A stretch of 64,000 nucleotides of DNA from assembly GCF_000981445.1 (NCBI RefSeq), contig NC_027216.1, positions 1,922,001 through 1,986,000 on the forward strand, written 5' to 3'. The notes under the pieces were generated by a model, which searched no databases, was not told where the DNA came from, and saw nothing but the letters and a program-made list of their open reading frames with translations. Positions 1-13,639 of this stretch are shown in pieces; the first letter of the stretch is position 1; each line of letters starts with the position of its first letter. The position numbers and the translations under genes are program-made. Source of the DNA: Babesia bigemina (taxonomy: Eukaryota).

Positions 1-1496
1 TGAAGCGCGTCGCGGAGAAGTTTTCGGCATTCGTCAACTTCCCGCTCTACATACAGGAGAAGGAGTCCGACGTTGAGATCACGACACAGAAGCCGCTGTG
101 GATGGAGACCAGCGCATCGGACGAGGAGCACACGAAGTTCTTCAGGTACCTCAACAACGCCTCATGGGGAGAGCCCATGTACAAGATCGCGTTCCACTCC
201 GACGCCCCGCTCTCCATCAAATCGCTCTTTTACATCCCAGAGGACGCACCCAGCAGGTTGTTCCAGTCGGCGTCGGAGGTGGGCGTGTCGCTGCACTCGA
301 GGTGGGTCCCGCTTGCAAAATGCCAGTAGGCACGACTCGCAGGAAAATTCTGATCCAAAAGTCGGCGGATGCCATCATCCCCAAGTGGCTCTTCTTCGTC
401 AAGGGTGTCATCGACTGCGAGGACATCCCGCTGAACGTCAGCCGGGAGCTGGTGCAGGACAGCCAGCTGGTCAAGAAGCTCGGCAACACCGTGGTGAAGC
501 GCATCCTGAAGTTCATGCTCGACGAGAGCAAGCGCGACCCCGAAAAGTTCAGGAAGTTCTACGACAAATACCACTACCACCTCAAGGAGGGACTGCTCGA
601 CGAGTCGCACAAGAACGGACCCTACCGTGAGCAGCTGCTGCAGCTGATCAGGTACGAGTCCTCCAAGGGCGAGCCCAACCAGCTCATCACCTTCGACGAG
701 TACATCGCCACCATGAAGGAGAAGCAGAAGAACATCTACTACTTCTGCGCCGCGAACCGCGAGACCGCCCTCGCAAGCCCCTACATGGAGTCCTTCAAGC
801 GCAGGGACAGGAACGTGCTGCTGCTCTACGAGGACATCGACGAGTTCGTCTCGATGAACCTACAGGTTGGTGTCGCAAGCCGTCGTGTGGCATCCCTGTT
901 GTCAGGAGTACAAGGACAAGAAGATGGTCGCCATCGACTCCCCGGAGCAGGACTTCGAGCCTGACCTCGAGACCCTGGACAACGAAAACGAAGCGGAGCT
1001 CGAACTGCTCACCGAGGAGCAGCGCACGAAGCTATCGGAGTTCGTGCAGGCCACACTCGGCGCCAAGGTGAACGCAGTCAAGTTCTCCGAGCGCCTGGTG
1101 GACTCCCCTGCGGTCGTCACGGGGTTCCTCTCCGCCGCGCTGCGCAAGGTCATGAAGGCGACCATGAAGGGCGCGCCCGACGCCGGCGCCAGCCTCGCAG
1201 CGATGCCGTCGACGCTGGAGCTCAACCCGAAGCACAGCATCAACGTGACCATTTTCCACGTCATGCAGAACGACCCCGAAGTGGCCAAGGTAAGACTACT
1301 AAAAATATACGTTGTGGTTCGTACAACAATCAAATTCGTGACGCGCGTGCTCACTGTGCCGCAGACACTCGTCGAGCAGCTCTACGACAACGCCTCGATC
1401 GCCGCCGGGATCGTCGACGACCCCCGCACCATGCTGGGCCGCCTGAACAAGATGCTCGAGCTCACTGCGGACTTCGCGCGCAAAAACTGCAATTAA
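1..1496 (+). CDS. Hsp90-family chaperone, TRAP1/mitochondrial type (5'-truncated by the window edge)
   Basis: Motifs KFSAFVNFPLY, IIPKWLFFVKGVIDCEDIPLNVSRE, SERLVDSPAVV, LELNPKH. GT-AG introns 302-342, 866-905 and 1290-1364 join the ORFs. Stop TAA at 1494-1496. No C-terminal MEEVD or KDEL, which suggests the organellar type. Confidence 0.9.
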
Positions 1497-1503
1497 CAGC
1501 TCA

Positions 1504-2103
1504 CTAGGCGGAGCCCTTGGACAGGATACCCCTGCCCTTGTCGCACAGGGCGTCCTGCGCAGCCACGCTGCGGATCACAGCCTTCTTGCTGCACTCGTAC
1601 AATTCGCCGTCCATTAGTATCTCGTCCAGCAGGTAGTACGCCTGAAAGAGGTGTCAGCAGTGGTGAGAAGCCGCGGCTTAACAGTCAAACACGTTAATGA
1701 TGTGCGCTTACGCGTTGCGCGGCCGAGGGCGCAGCACCTACCTTGTTCACGTTGAACACCAGGTCCAGCTCGCACACATTGCTGAAGTAACGGTCCAGCA
1801 GCTCCACGTAGTGCTGTATGATCTCCAGCATGAGCAGGTCGTTGTCATCGCGGTCAACGCAGACCACGAAGTACAGGCTCGCGTAGCTGCGACGGCTCAG
1901 AGGAAGCAGGGCGCGACTTACCGGCGGAACACGAGCTTGTCGTCGCGCCACTCGATGAAGTTGCACTGTTTGGAGTTGCGATTCACGACCAGGTGCGACA
2001 GCTCACGCATCATCGCGGCCTTCTCCTTGCTGTCTACCGGCACGAACCACTTCGCCAGCCGGACCTTGCATTGGCGGCTGATCGCCATGAAAAACTTAAT
2101 CAT
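1504..2103 (-). CDS. AP1S: Adaptor complex small (sigma) subunit, most like AP-1 sigma
   Basis: [20 protein letters not shown]...KLVFRR|YASLYF...[30 protein letters not shown]. Introns 1887-1921 and 1642-1741. Confidence 0.88.
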
Positions 2104-2659
2104 CGTGTGTTATGCCCGAACGCACACGCGATCGGAGTGGCAGAGCTCCGTGCCTCGTCAATCGCCCCGAGGCAGGGGCGCGTTGCTGTCTACACGACGC
2201 GCGGCGCTTACCGCACAACAGACTAAATTTAGTCCGGTGTATCTGTATTAAGCTTTCGGGCATGCTCGTGGCGGATGTGCGCGCTGTTGTCCAGCAGATG
2301 AGAAGATGTTTTCACTTATCGCATACGGTGTTGAGGATGGGCTAGAGCAGCCCCTTTGGGAGGCTGTGTGTTCCCTTTCACCTTGCAAACTCAGAGGGGG
2401 CAAAGTGCATCCCGCTGGGTTGTGATAGTGGGAGTGGGCGCTACTGGTTTGTGTGAGAGTGGCAGCACGGTAGTCACGCCACCTGCCGAGCTCGTGGTAT
2501 ACAATGCGTTGCACGTAAACACTTTTGAGTGCGACTGCTTATTAGTACTTAGTTTTCCCACGACATAGCAACGTTTTACAATAGGCAGCCGTCTGCAAAT
2601 ACAATACTTCAGATAGTTACGCCCGTGGCGAAAAAGTGTTGTGCGATGTGGCAAGGCCG

Positions 2660-4868
2660 TTACGATATGGACAGCTGCTGCCTCAGGCTGGACAGCGGGA
2701 TGCTGTGTTGGTTCCACCACCCATCGAAGTCCTCGAACGGGTTGTGGCCGCTTGCCACTGCGGGCGAGCGCTTAGGGCCCTTGACGGCAGACTTCAGGTT
2801 GCCCGCCCTCGGCGATGACGGCCGGCGCCCTGGAGTTGCGAAGAAGTCGCTGCCGTCCAACAGCTGAGCGGACTTAGCCTTAATTGCGGGCATGTCGTCG
2901 TATCCGTAGTAGCCTCGGGTGAAACGGGGAGAACCCAATTCAACCTGCTGAGGAACGGATGGAGCCACAAGGGACTCCGCTTCCTGTTGCTTGCGAATGC
3001 GTTCGGACGGCGACTCGTATATCAGGGTGCTCGGCGGCGAGTTGTCAGTCAATTTCGCGGTCGGTGAAACCCATGCGGTTTCCTGCGCAGAAGAAGCGGG
3101 TGGTGCACCGTGAGTCAAACGCGAACCGCCCCTGCGTCCACCACGGCACACCGCCGACATGCGCATCCCACAGCGCTCCACGGCACGCATTCGGTCATAG
3201 AGGGGCGCACGTTTCTGCTGCCAGCTACGACGCTCGGACTCGTCGAGTAGGTCCAGGCAGCTCCTGTACGCGTCACGCCGCGCACGGACGTCCGGGGGTT
3301 GGGCGGGGACCGGCTCCGTCGGCGTGGGAGCACGGCCGTTGGAGGGCTCAGATAGACTGGGTCTCACGTTCGAGACCAGGGCGGTGGCGGACGCCTCCGC
3401 GGCGACCTCGTTGTTGCTGGGCGCTATCGTCTTCACGTCTTCCCACAACCCCGGGACGCGGTCGGCATTGCCGGAGTAAACGACCTTGACCCTGCCGGCG
3501 GATTTCAGCGGGTCGGCGCTCTTCGGCTCAGGCAGGCTAACCAGGTCGGTCTGGATCTCCACGTCGCTGCCGCCCTTGCCGCTGACGTGGGCGAACGACC
3601 TGTTGAACTCGGACATCTTGTGCAGCCTCACCGCGTACTTGTCCTCACACAGAATGTTCACACTCTCGAGTAGGTTCGATGGGCCTGTACACCGATGAGT
3701 GGTTATAGTGGAGGTGACTCACCCGCTGTCTCGCTGAGCGGAGGGGGGGTCACCGCCCCTGCGGTTGCGAGGCGGGAGGGCGCGGTGGCCTTGCGGGTGG
3801 CAGAGACCTCGTTCAGCGGCCGGACGACGCAAATTTTAGGCGCCAATTCAGCCTCGCGGCTGTTATCTGAGGCGGGTTAAGTAAGATACGCGACGGCGAC
3901 TTACCGAGCTGGTTGATGTGGAGAAGCGCATGGGTCAGCGTGTAACCCTTGTCGCTGTTAAACACGCCCGAACGAGTGCCGAAGGTTTTGAGGTAAAGCG
4001 AATCGATGTCGTACAGCTTGTTGTCTTCGCAAGAGTCCTTGAGCACCCTCAACAGACCGCCGTTGGCGTCGACGAGGCGTGTGCCGGCGCCCTTGGCAGG
4101 CTGCCACTCCCTGGTGAGCCCCTCCAGGCGCGTGCACGTGTCGTTCACCAGGGTGCCCAGCAGAGGCTGGCTGGCGACGGAGTCACGCCTAGGTTCCGTC
4201 GACGTCGGCGTGCTTTTGGAGTAGTCCACCACAGAGGCGACGTGTTGCGAAAACGTTTGTGCGGCGCGATGCGAGTTGTCGACGTCGGCCTCGAGGGCCA
4301 TCTCGTAACTCGTGTCCTTCAGAAGCTCGCTCAGAGTGTCCCGCTCCTCGTCATGCGACTTTTTGAGCGCGGTCGTCTTGCCGCACAGCACGTCGGCGGG
4401 GTCGGTCATCAGGATTTCCGGAATCTTGACGGCGTCATCCCAGTACGATATCTCGGAGATTTTGGAATGCACAGTCGCTGTCTGCGATATCCACGCCGCC
4501 TGGGTCATGTGTTTGGGCGCATGGGACGACGATGGCCAGGATGACGATAACGCGTCCTGGTTGCAGAACGTCGGCAGCTTCGGGGTCTTGTCAGAGCTGC
4601 ACGGGTTGTCATCAGTTGGCGCGCCCGAGCCGCATTTTAGCGATCTTAGGTATGACTGCTGGCTCTTCGTTGACATATGGGGTTGCATAGCGATGAGGCG
4701 GCCCTGGAACTGCTTCAGCAGGCTGGACGAACGTGACATGTGCTCTGACATGATGCTCTCCGCGGCCAGCTTAGCGTCGGCGTAGCGCGCTCGAGCGCGT
4801 TGCAGCACGTCCGCTGAACTCTCCATGTGTTTGGGCGGGTTGGAAGAAGCCTGGTGGCGATTTTGCAC
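2660..4868 (-). CDS. Hypothetical protein, Ser/Pro-rich, probably one spliced gene
   Basis: Long ORFs 3813-4868 and 2660-3661, with candidate short introns near 3867-3904 and 3684-3722. No family recognised; start and end uncertain. Confidence 0.55.
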
Positions 4869-5997
4869 GAGTTACAGGACGATCACTCAGCCAAACCTGC
4901 ATGCGATCGGGCCCAGAAACCCACGATTAGCTACGTTTTACGCTCCCAAAAATATGTATTCAGATCCAAACACTACTTCGAATGCTATACCGAAACGGTC
5001 TTGTCCAATTCTCCTTTATTCAACTGAAATACAGAACGCATGTGTCCCCCGATCCCGATGTAAACCACTCCAGTTTAGGACGGCACCGATATTGGCAATA
5101 ATATACGCAGATAATGCGGCACATACAATTTGTGTGCAATTACACCTACACCTGTACAAAAAATGCCAAATGTGTCCTCCAGAAGCCGACTTATTGGCAG
5201 GGTACAGGAGGCTTACACATCCACACGCAACCGAAATAGACACGCAAGCAAGAGCCTGAAGACGATGCATACAATTAGATTCCGATATCCTCGTTCCACC
5301 GCCCCTTGAATCAGCCGCATTAACCGCAGGAACGGCGAAGGGTGTGAGCGTCGTCAGACTCCGCCGGCCTGGACATGTAATTGATGGCGCTGCGATTATA
5401 TAACAGTCACTGTGATTTGTGACGGGTGTGTTAAGTGGCTGGGCTTGTGCCGCACATGGTACGAAGAGCCGCGGCGAAGGCTGAGCGGCGATCAGAGGCG
5501 TTTTCCGCTCTTATGCTCATCGGTGCACCTGTCTCCGCTGTCGACACACGTGGTAGACAGCCGCGAAAGCGCGACGTACGGATGATAGTGCCATCCAAAC
5601 AGTGCACATATCGGGGATGAATCACACATCGAACCGGATTCCATGGTCAACGAGGGTAAATCGGTGCAGTATGCTGACATGGCAATATGCCAAATCGAGT
5701 CAATAGACACTTGAAAATTAGCCATTACGATTAATAATTACTGATAAAAATGAGACTGAAATCCAAAGATGCGAGGCTTTTGCTGTTTTGGTAGGGATAC
5801 TCGCCGGTTCCACCACGTGTGGCCTACACATTTGCTCGTAATGGTCGCCAGCTAACATAACACGTACCAAATCCGCTCCGCCATGCTTTGTACACAATAA
5901 CACACTCACTAACATGCATTGGATGCATTCAAGTCGATGCTCGCGGGCTATTGCTCTTGTCTAGTAGGACGGCACAGTAGACCTTTGTCGGCGGAAT

Positions 5998-8534
5998 ATG
6001 TCGGAATCCCGCGATGTTATCCGCAAACTCCACCCCAAGGTCATCGCCAGAATCGCAGCTGGCGAGGTTGTGGTCCGGCCGGCGGCGGCCATCAAGGAGA
6101 TCATCGAGAACAGCATTGACGCCGGCGCTACCACTATCAAGCTTAGAATCGCCGCAAACCCGCTGCACTACGCGGAGATATCGGACAATGGCTGCGGAGT
6201 GAGTCCAAATGATCTGAAGGTCATATGCAGGAGGTTCACCACCTCGAAGACCTACGAGGACATCAACGGCGTAAAGAGCTTTGGGTTCAGGGGGGAAGCG
6301 CTGGCGGCGCTGTCGCACTCGGCAAACGTGACCATATCGGCGCGTACCTCCGCCGACGAAAAAAGGACGGTCGTGCGATACCACGACGGAGAGCCGATTG
6401 ACGAGACCGCCAGCCAGATGGTGGGACCGGTGGGATTCACCATCACCTACGAGAACCTGTTCTTCAACATGAACACGAGGGGCAAAACGCTCTCGGCCTC
6501 CCCCAGCGTGGAATTCAACTTGTGCCTCGAGCTGGCGCAGAAGTACGCGGTGCATTACCCGCACCTCGAGTTCGTATTCCACAAGGTCGGCAGCAGCACG
6601 CTCGAACTCAACACCCAGGGCAGCGATAGGGCAACAGACGGACGTGGCGCAGTGCATGACTTCGACCACCGCCACTTCAAGGAGGTTAGTTTGTTCCCGC
6701 CGGACGCAGTGGACACCCCTGAACTCGTGCACTACCGCGAGCATGTGGAGGAGCGGAGCAAGCAGGATCTGGTCAGGGTGCGCAGTGCAATAAAAGAGGT
6801 GTACGGCTCTGTCGTGGCCAACTCGCTCTACGAGTTCCAGACGCACTCGACGGGCGATGTCTACTACAACTGCAAGGGGTTCTTCACCCACCCCAATCAG
6901 CCAAACAGGTGCCACTCGTTTATCCTGTTCATCAACAACCGGCTGGTTGACCACCCCACGCTGCGCAGGAACATCGACTGTGTGTACAAGGAGCTGCTGC
7001 ACAAGAAGCAGAGACGCTTCGTCTACCTTGCAGTGTACATGCCGTACGATCGCATCGACGCGAACGTGCACCCCTCCAAGGAGAAGATATTCTTCAAGCA
7101 CCAGGAGCAAATAGTCGAGGAAATTGGTGAGCGGCTCAGGGTGAGTGTTGTGCGTTGACGACGCGTTGACGGTGTTGCGCAGGAGCAGATACGGGGCATC
7201 CTGAAAATCAACACCGAGAATGCGCAGAAGGCTTCTGCATACAACCAAATGGAAGTAACGACGCGCCAGGACGATGTCGATGAGTCCATATTTCCGCATC
7301 TCAAGCGGACCTACGAGGTATGTCAGCGAATTCGTGGTCGCATGTTATTTCGCAGACGTTTGAAAAGGCGAAGCCGCATGCCAAAGTGCGGGTACGGAGT
7401 GACTACAAGCAAATGGACATCCAGAGCTTTGTCACGCCAACATACATAATGGAATCCAACGCCGATCTGGATTCATACGCCCACCAAGCGGTTAAGGACC
7501 CCAAGGCTGAGGACACAGAGGCCGATACCCCGGGGTCGGAATCCACAGCCCCTCACACCCAGCACGACGAAAATGCTATTAGTCTGGCGGCGCTGCCCCG
7601 CCTTGCAAACACGGAGTTCAGTTTAATGGATATCACGGGCGAGGAGGACGGATTCTCCGACATGTGGAAGATACCGTTCATCAAAGAGTACGTGACTCAT
7701 TCACGCACGGAGGCAACACCGCCGCAGGTTCATCAACGAATTCGAGTCGACGAGGGACAGGAAGCTCACGGACACCGTGCTTAACTCGGTGCTGGTCGGA
7801 GTTGCCGACAAGCACTACGTCATCCTGCAGCACAGTACGGAGCTCTACATGGTGGACATCATTCGCGTCGCGAAGGGTAAGCGACGCCTTTCACCCGGAT
7901 AACTCGGTTCAGAGTGCGTTTTTCAGTCGGTTATTTGGCGGATAGGCCAACTGCCTAAACTGTTCCTCAACCCTCCCCTCTGCCTGGTGGACCTGCTATC
8001 CTACGCCCTGGCCAGGGACGCTTACCAGGCCAGGGGGAGCGCTGGAGAGATAGATAAATCGCAGTTCCTGTAGGTTTACCGAGAAGTAGTTGCGTCACTT
8101 TTAACAGCGACAAGGCCAAGGAGATGATTAGGAAGTTCCATGTTGGCTTCCTCACAAAGTACTTCGGCTTCAGCATTGAGGACAACAAGCTGCACAGCAT
8201 CCCCAAGGTCATGTCCAATTACTTCCCAGGACCCGAGTACCTGCCAGGGCTCGTCCTAGCTCTGTTCTCGCTGGACATAGTCGACGAGGGCAAGGCCGTC
8301 GGCGACATATCGCACATCATCTCGGAGTTCTTCACCTTCCCACCCATCCACAGCATCACCACCACCGACCCCGTGGCGAACGAGAAGAACTACCACCACT
8401 ACATCTCCAAGGTGCTGCTGAGGGCCGTTCAGCGATTCCCTGACCTCAGCCTCTCCAGGCGCAGGCTCGACAGGGGCACTGTCATCAAGCTGGCAAGCCT
8501 CGACTTGCTATATCGCATATTTGAGCGATGCTAG
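5998..8534 (+). CDS. MLH1: DNA mismatch repair protein MLH1 (multi-exon)
   Basis: GHKL motifs IAAGEVV, KEIIENSIDAG, DNGCG, FGFRGEAL; IDANVHPSKE; diagnostic C-terminal FERC-stop. Several short introns between 7141 and ~8110. Confidence 0.95.
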
Positions 8535-8999
8535 GGTCATGACGACCGCAACCTATAAATGTAGTCTATCTGCTACAGACCGTAATTGTACATATGTTGC
8601 GCTGTGTGTTGAAACAGTGGTTGTAGGTTCACGGCAATAGCTTCCAGATGTACTATTTGCACGTGGCATAGCGTGGTGCTGGGTGGCATGTTGAGCTGCG
8701 ATATCACAACCAAAACTGCAATTACAACAATCACCCAGATCTTTGTAGATCTCAGGGTCTGGAAACAGTGGATCGTATTGTACTACGTACTCTATGTTGA
8801 CTGACCGCGCGGCAGATAAGCCGAGATGGCTGCTGCCAGTTGGAAAACATCCGCACCGTACGCTAACGCAACGCCCCTCACAATGTGCAATCTTTGTTAT
8901 TTGTGCGTGCACATGCAATTAGAATTAATTACTGTGTGTGGGATCTGGGACAACGGCTCGTAAGTTGCCGAGACTGCTGCAGCCGCGCTGCAAGACGAC

Positions 9000-9635
9000 T
9001 TAAAGTTCGCCATCGTCATCAATCGCGACGTTGGCGGCGGCCTCCAGGTTGCGCTCACACTGTTCGGCCAACTCGGGGTCGATCTTGAACTCGGGCTCCT
9101 TCGCGCACTCACCCACGAACACGAGCTGAGGCTGGTTCAGCAGCCTGCGAGCCAACCACAGGAAAGGGCGCTCGAAGTTGAAGTTGGAGCGAGCCGACAG
9201 GTCGTAGTACTGCAGGTTGCGCTTGCGGTGGAACTGGATGTGGCCAGCCTTCACCTGGCGCTCCTTGACGTCGGCCTTGTTGCCACACAACACCATGGGG
9301 ATGTTGTCACAAACGCGAACGATGTCACGGTGCCAGTTGGGCACATTGCGGTACGTAATGCGGCTGGTCACGTCGAACATGATGATGGCGCACTCTCCCT
9401 TGATGTAGTAGCCGTCACGCAGACCACCGTACTTCTCCTGGCCGGCGGTGTCCCAGGCGTTGAACTGGATGCCACCGCAGTTGGTGCGGAACTTCAGGGG
9501 GTGGACCTCGACACCCAGGGTGGGAATGTACTTCTTCTCGAACTCGCCGGTCAAGTGGCGCTTCACCAAGGTGGTCTTGCCAACGCCACCGTCGCCCACA
9601 AGGAGCAATTTGAATTGGGGCATTTCCTCAGCCAT
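9000..9635 (-). CDS. RAN: GTP-binding nuclear protein Ran
   Basis: [33 protein letters not shown] and an acidic tail (IDDDGEL). ATG at 9635. A CAG just upstream suggests a 5'-UTR intron. Confidence 0.97.
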   Translation of the reverse strand: MAEEMPQFKLLLVGDGGVGKTTLVKRHLTGEFEKKYIPTLGVEVHPLKFRTNCGGIQFNAWDTAGQEKYGGLRDGYYIKGECAIIMFDVTSRITYRNVPNWHRDIVRVCDNIPMVLCGNKADVKERQVKAGHIQFHRKRNLQYYDLSARSNFNFERPFLWLARRLLNQPQLVFVGECAKEPEFKIDPELAEQCERNLEAAANVAIDDDGEL

Positions 9636-10682
9636 CTCTGCGAAGATATGAGCGAAGTGCGCACGAAAGCAAAATATGAATACAGGCACGATTTATCAAC
9701 GTTCAAAACATCTATAACAATGCAGAAACACGATAAATAGCGCGGCAACGTAACAACAACGCAGCTTTCATACACACCGTGAGTGGCGCTCGGCGTGGCT
9801 GGCTGTAACAACAAAAAAATATGGATGGTCACTTAAGCGCGAAAACAGCAATAGCGTTTCTCGGAAACTGTGGTAGAAAGCTAAAATGGAAAGCATCACC
9901 GCCCAGCCGCTGTTGTTCGTACGCCCCCGTAAGACATACCAAACGCGCATACGCCCGCGTGTCAGTGACGAGCGAAACCGAACACCGCGTTTGTGTGCAC
10001 ACACGACTATCGCAACGCGAAATTGCGCGTAATAGAGCCGGGACGTCGACAACTGGCGGCACCACGGCAATCCTTCCAACCTGACCAACAGCAGCACGGC
10101 ACGCAACGCGCAAATAGACAAGAGGATATGTGCGCCGAAAAACGCAACCGCGGAGAAGCGTAAAACTCACTTGCGACGGATTGATCAAAACTCGGCTTGC
10201 CAGGAAGATAGACGCGAGCGGAACACGAACGTACAGCGACGGGGTTCCCAGAAACACACGAGTACCAGACGCAATACAAGATGATAGCAAAGCTTAGTGT
10301 CGATACTATCTGAAGTAAACCTGCTTTCTACGGGGCGCCGGCGCGGCGGCAGGCTTCCTGAGACGACAGCAGGCCCCACCGCGTAACGTATACGGAACCG
10401 TGGCCGCGCGGGCCGCCTCGGACACAGCGTTAGTGCGGGCAAAGGGCCAGCATGGAGACCCAGGTACGGGTTGCCAGCAAGGCATCCGTCATGCTGCTCC
10501 CCGCAGCGACATGTAGCAGCAGCAACGCTAGTATACACACCGTCAGCCGGGTAGCAGGGCCCTGTGTACCTCACTGGCGACGCTCTCGTCGCGCGGCATG
10601 TCGACGGTAACGAGGCACCTATGTGTCGCACTTAGCGATGAATATCGAATCCTTAGTTGGAAGTCACCGGAACGCCGCGCAG

Positions 10683-12994
10683 TCACGTGCCTGCCCGCTT
10701 GCGAACCTTCTTGCCCATCCGGTCGTACGACCGCAGCGACTCCACCAGGCAGTCGATGCTGCCAGAGGTGACGTCCTCGTTGCTCAGGTCCATGTACTTG
10801 TGCACGTAGCGGTTCGCGAACAGGCGGTTGAAGCGGAACCGGAACAGCGGGTCGTGCTTGCTGCGCTCGGCCTCCTCGATGCCCTGCGCGGGGTCAGCGT
10901 CCATGCGCATCTTCTCCATGTAGTCATCCAGCATCTGGTACAGCTTCTCGTGCGCGCTGGACGCGGGCTTGTCCGTCGCCCGCTTCTCGAGGTACCACGC
11001 GGTGGCCTGGCGGTTCAGGCACAGGTCCTTCACGTCGATAATGAAGTTGGCCCCCACCTCGGGCAGGCCGTTCTCGTCGACGGGGCTCACGGATTCCAGC
11101 TGGCTGAGAACGTCCAGGAAGTCGACCATCTCACCCTCTTCGGACTCCCCGTCGGAGGACGGCACGTCCTCCGGGAAGGTGAAGACGTCCCCGGTCACGG
11201 GTTCAAGCACATCGGTGGTGCACCCGCGCTGCTTCCATAGCACCTGAGTGGCAGTCACAACGACACAGTCTACCAATAACCCACCCATTCCTTCTCCCGG
11301 CACAGCAGCCGCTCTAGCGTCACCGCCAGACCGCCGATCTTGGAAATGCACTGGTTCAGAGTTTTCTCGATGGCGTCCAGCGACGCTGCTGACTGCACAC
11401 CGCTTTGACCAGGCGACCGATAGCACCAACCTTTTCGCGAAGCAGCGAGTACACGCTTTCAGTGGGCGCCGTACGCTTATGCGATATCTTCAACGATTGG
11501 AGGGCGAAACTGCTCGCGCACAGGAAGCTCGTCCAGAACTTCACGCTCGTGCTGCGCGCGATGAACGCCGGCACGCTGCTTGTGAGCGGGATTATCCACG
11601 ACAGCGACGTGTCGGGGGGCTGCGGCTTCTCGATCAGCGAGATGATGTAGCCGGTCACGGCGGCGAACGCCGTCTGCAGGTCGTCCATGTAATCCTGAGT
11701 CTCCTCCACGATGATGAACGGGTTGAACACGAAATTGAGCACGTCGCAGTAGTGCACGTACACCGCGTAACTGGGGATGCGCTGCGACGTGTCGGCCACT
11801 TCCACGCGCGGTTCACCACGACCGGCGAGCGACTTCAGGTCGAACAGCTGCCCGCTCGTGCTGCTTGGCGGCGCGGAGATCGCAGCCACGGCCTCGTAGT
11901 TGCTTATCTCAAACTGGGATATGCCGTACGAGCGCTTACGCAAGCTCATCGTTACGATGTCGGTCCACTCGTCGGCAGTGACCTTGGAAACGGGGGTGAA
12001 CTCTTGGCTCAGCGACTGACGGTTGCAGACGCCCAGATGCGATATTGGCAGGCAGCTGGTGAGGGTCAGCCGCAGGTTGAAGATGTGCACCGGCACGTCG
12101 CCGTCGGCGCTCTCCCCGAGGACGCCCTCAAGCACACGGACTAAACCGATCATCTTAGCCCCCGCAGTTTGCACCAGCCGCGCGTTGGTGGCGGACGCTT
12201 CCAGCTGCTCGAAGCTGGTGCGCAAAAACGACACGCGGCAGTAGAGGAAATCCGACAGCACCTTCGCGCTCTCCACGGGCAGGCCCTTCACCAAGTCGGT
12301 AAGGAGGTCCAAAAAGGAAGATAGGTCGATGGCGATGGGAACCATGTACATGTAAACGTCCACCAAGCACATGGCGGCGCTGCTAAACTTCGGAAGGACG
12401 CTTTTGCCCACTCGGCGCGACTGACGAGGCGTGCACGTGACGGACGACTGACAACCAACCAGCAGATAGCTCGACAAGATCTTGAAGCACGTAGTCAGGT
12501 GGCCCTGGGCCACGTTGCGCAGCGCAGGCAGCGTCTGCTCGCCGCCGCCAGTGCCGTCCTCGGACGGATCCTCACGGAAATGCGATAAAAGGTCCAGGAT
12601 GCGCTTGGAAACGCGCTGTCGCCATTCGTCGGAATGCAGAAACGGGATAACGTCGCTGTCACCGGCAAGACCTGAGCGTCATGGCCTCATCACTGACGCA
12701 CCAACCTTCGCGTGGCTCGTAGACCGACGCGTCGGTCATAGACGTCCATATGTGCCGCAGAAAGTGGTACACCAGCGAAACGTTCTCAGAGTCCTGAAAA
12801 GCCGTATTCTCGAGCCGCAAACAGCGTTAAACGGTGCAGGGATATAGATTCTACCGGGATGATGCCCTTACCTTGAGATCGGAGACGTCCTTCTCCGGCT
12901 CGTATTCCAGCGAGTGCGCGACAATGTCGTCCAGCGAAGCCGTCGCCAGGAAGGCTCCGGAAGGCGCATCGCCAACCGAAGCCCGCCGCATCAT
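10683..12994 (-). CDS. THO complex subunit 1 (THOC1/Hpr1)-like protein, multi-exon
   Basis: Three THOC1-like blocks in the expected order: FNLRLTLTSCLPISHLGVCNRQS, LWKQRGC and MDADPAQGIEEAERSKHDPLFRFRFNRLFA. Spliceable exons extend up to ~12994; start uncertain. Confidence 0.65.
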
Positions 12995-13639
12995 GCTTGT
13001 TACGTTCCGGCAGGTCACCGCGGATTGCGGCAGAGTGAGTGTCCTGCAGCGGGACTGCACGACGGCCGGGGTAACGGGTCATCCACACACGGTTATGCCC
13101 TCATGTTCCACGAGCTGTCGCCCCAGCTTCACTTCCATCGCGTGCGTCAATAATGCGCCACTTGTGCTGCCGAATTGGCCTGCATTGAGCGTCTTCCGCG
13201 CCCGTGTCCTCCGTCGGCGCCTGCACATCTCGTCGCTTATGTCGTTCCGTATCTCGATAAGACACCGACGTATGCGCATATGCCGCCGCATCTCGCCATT
13301 TGCTTTCTGTATGCGCGATTAAACCGGTTCCTGAGCCGTTCAAACGGCTAGAAAACTGCCAAAATGCAACGACTCACATAACGCCCGTGGATCCGGCAAC
13401 GCATACTGCCGCCACGACACAGCACGAACGTGAATCGGAGACGCATTGCAAACGCCCGTAACACAGCGGGGTGCGCTCGTCGAAGCTTATCACGCTGAAA
13501 TTGTAAAAAAATCGCATCACTTTAGCGACACGTACAACTGATTTACAACCGGGACGCAGCAGAAATCAACATATGAGCCTTATCACGATTCATGCAGCAC
13601 CGATAGGCACAATCACGAATGCGACGATGATTTGAATCA

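Noticed and set aside
5929..7299. 456-aa minus-strand ORF
   Set aside because: Antisense shadow of MLH1.
8553..8918. 121-aa Cys-containing ORF downstream of Ran
   Set aside because: Probably the Ran 3'-UTR; lacks coding bias, a TM segment and the CxCxCC module.
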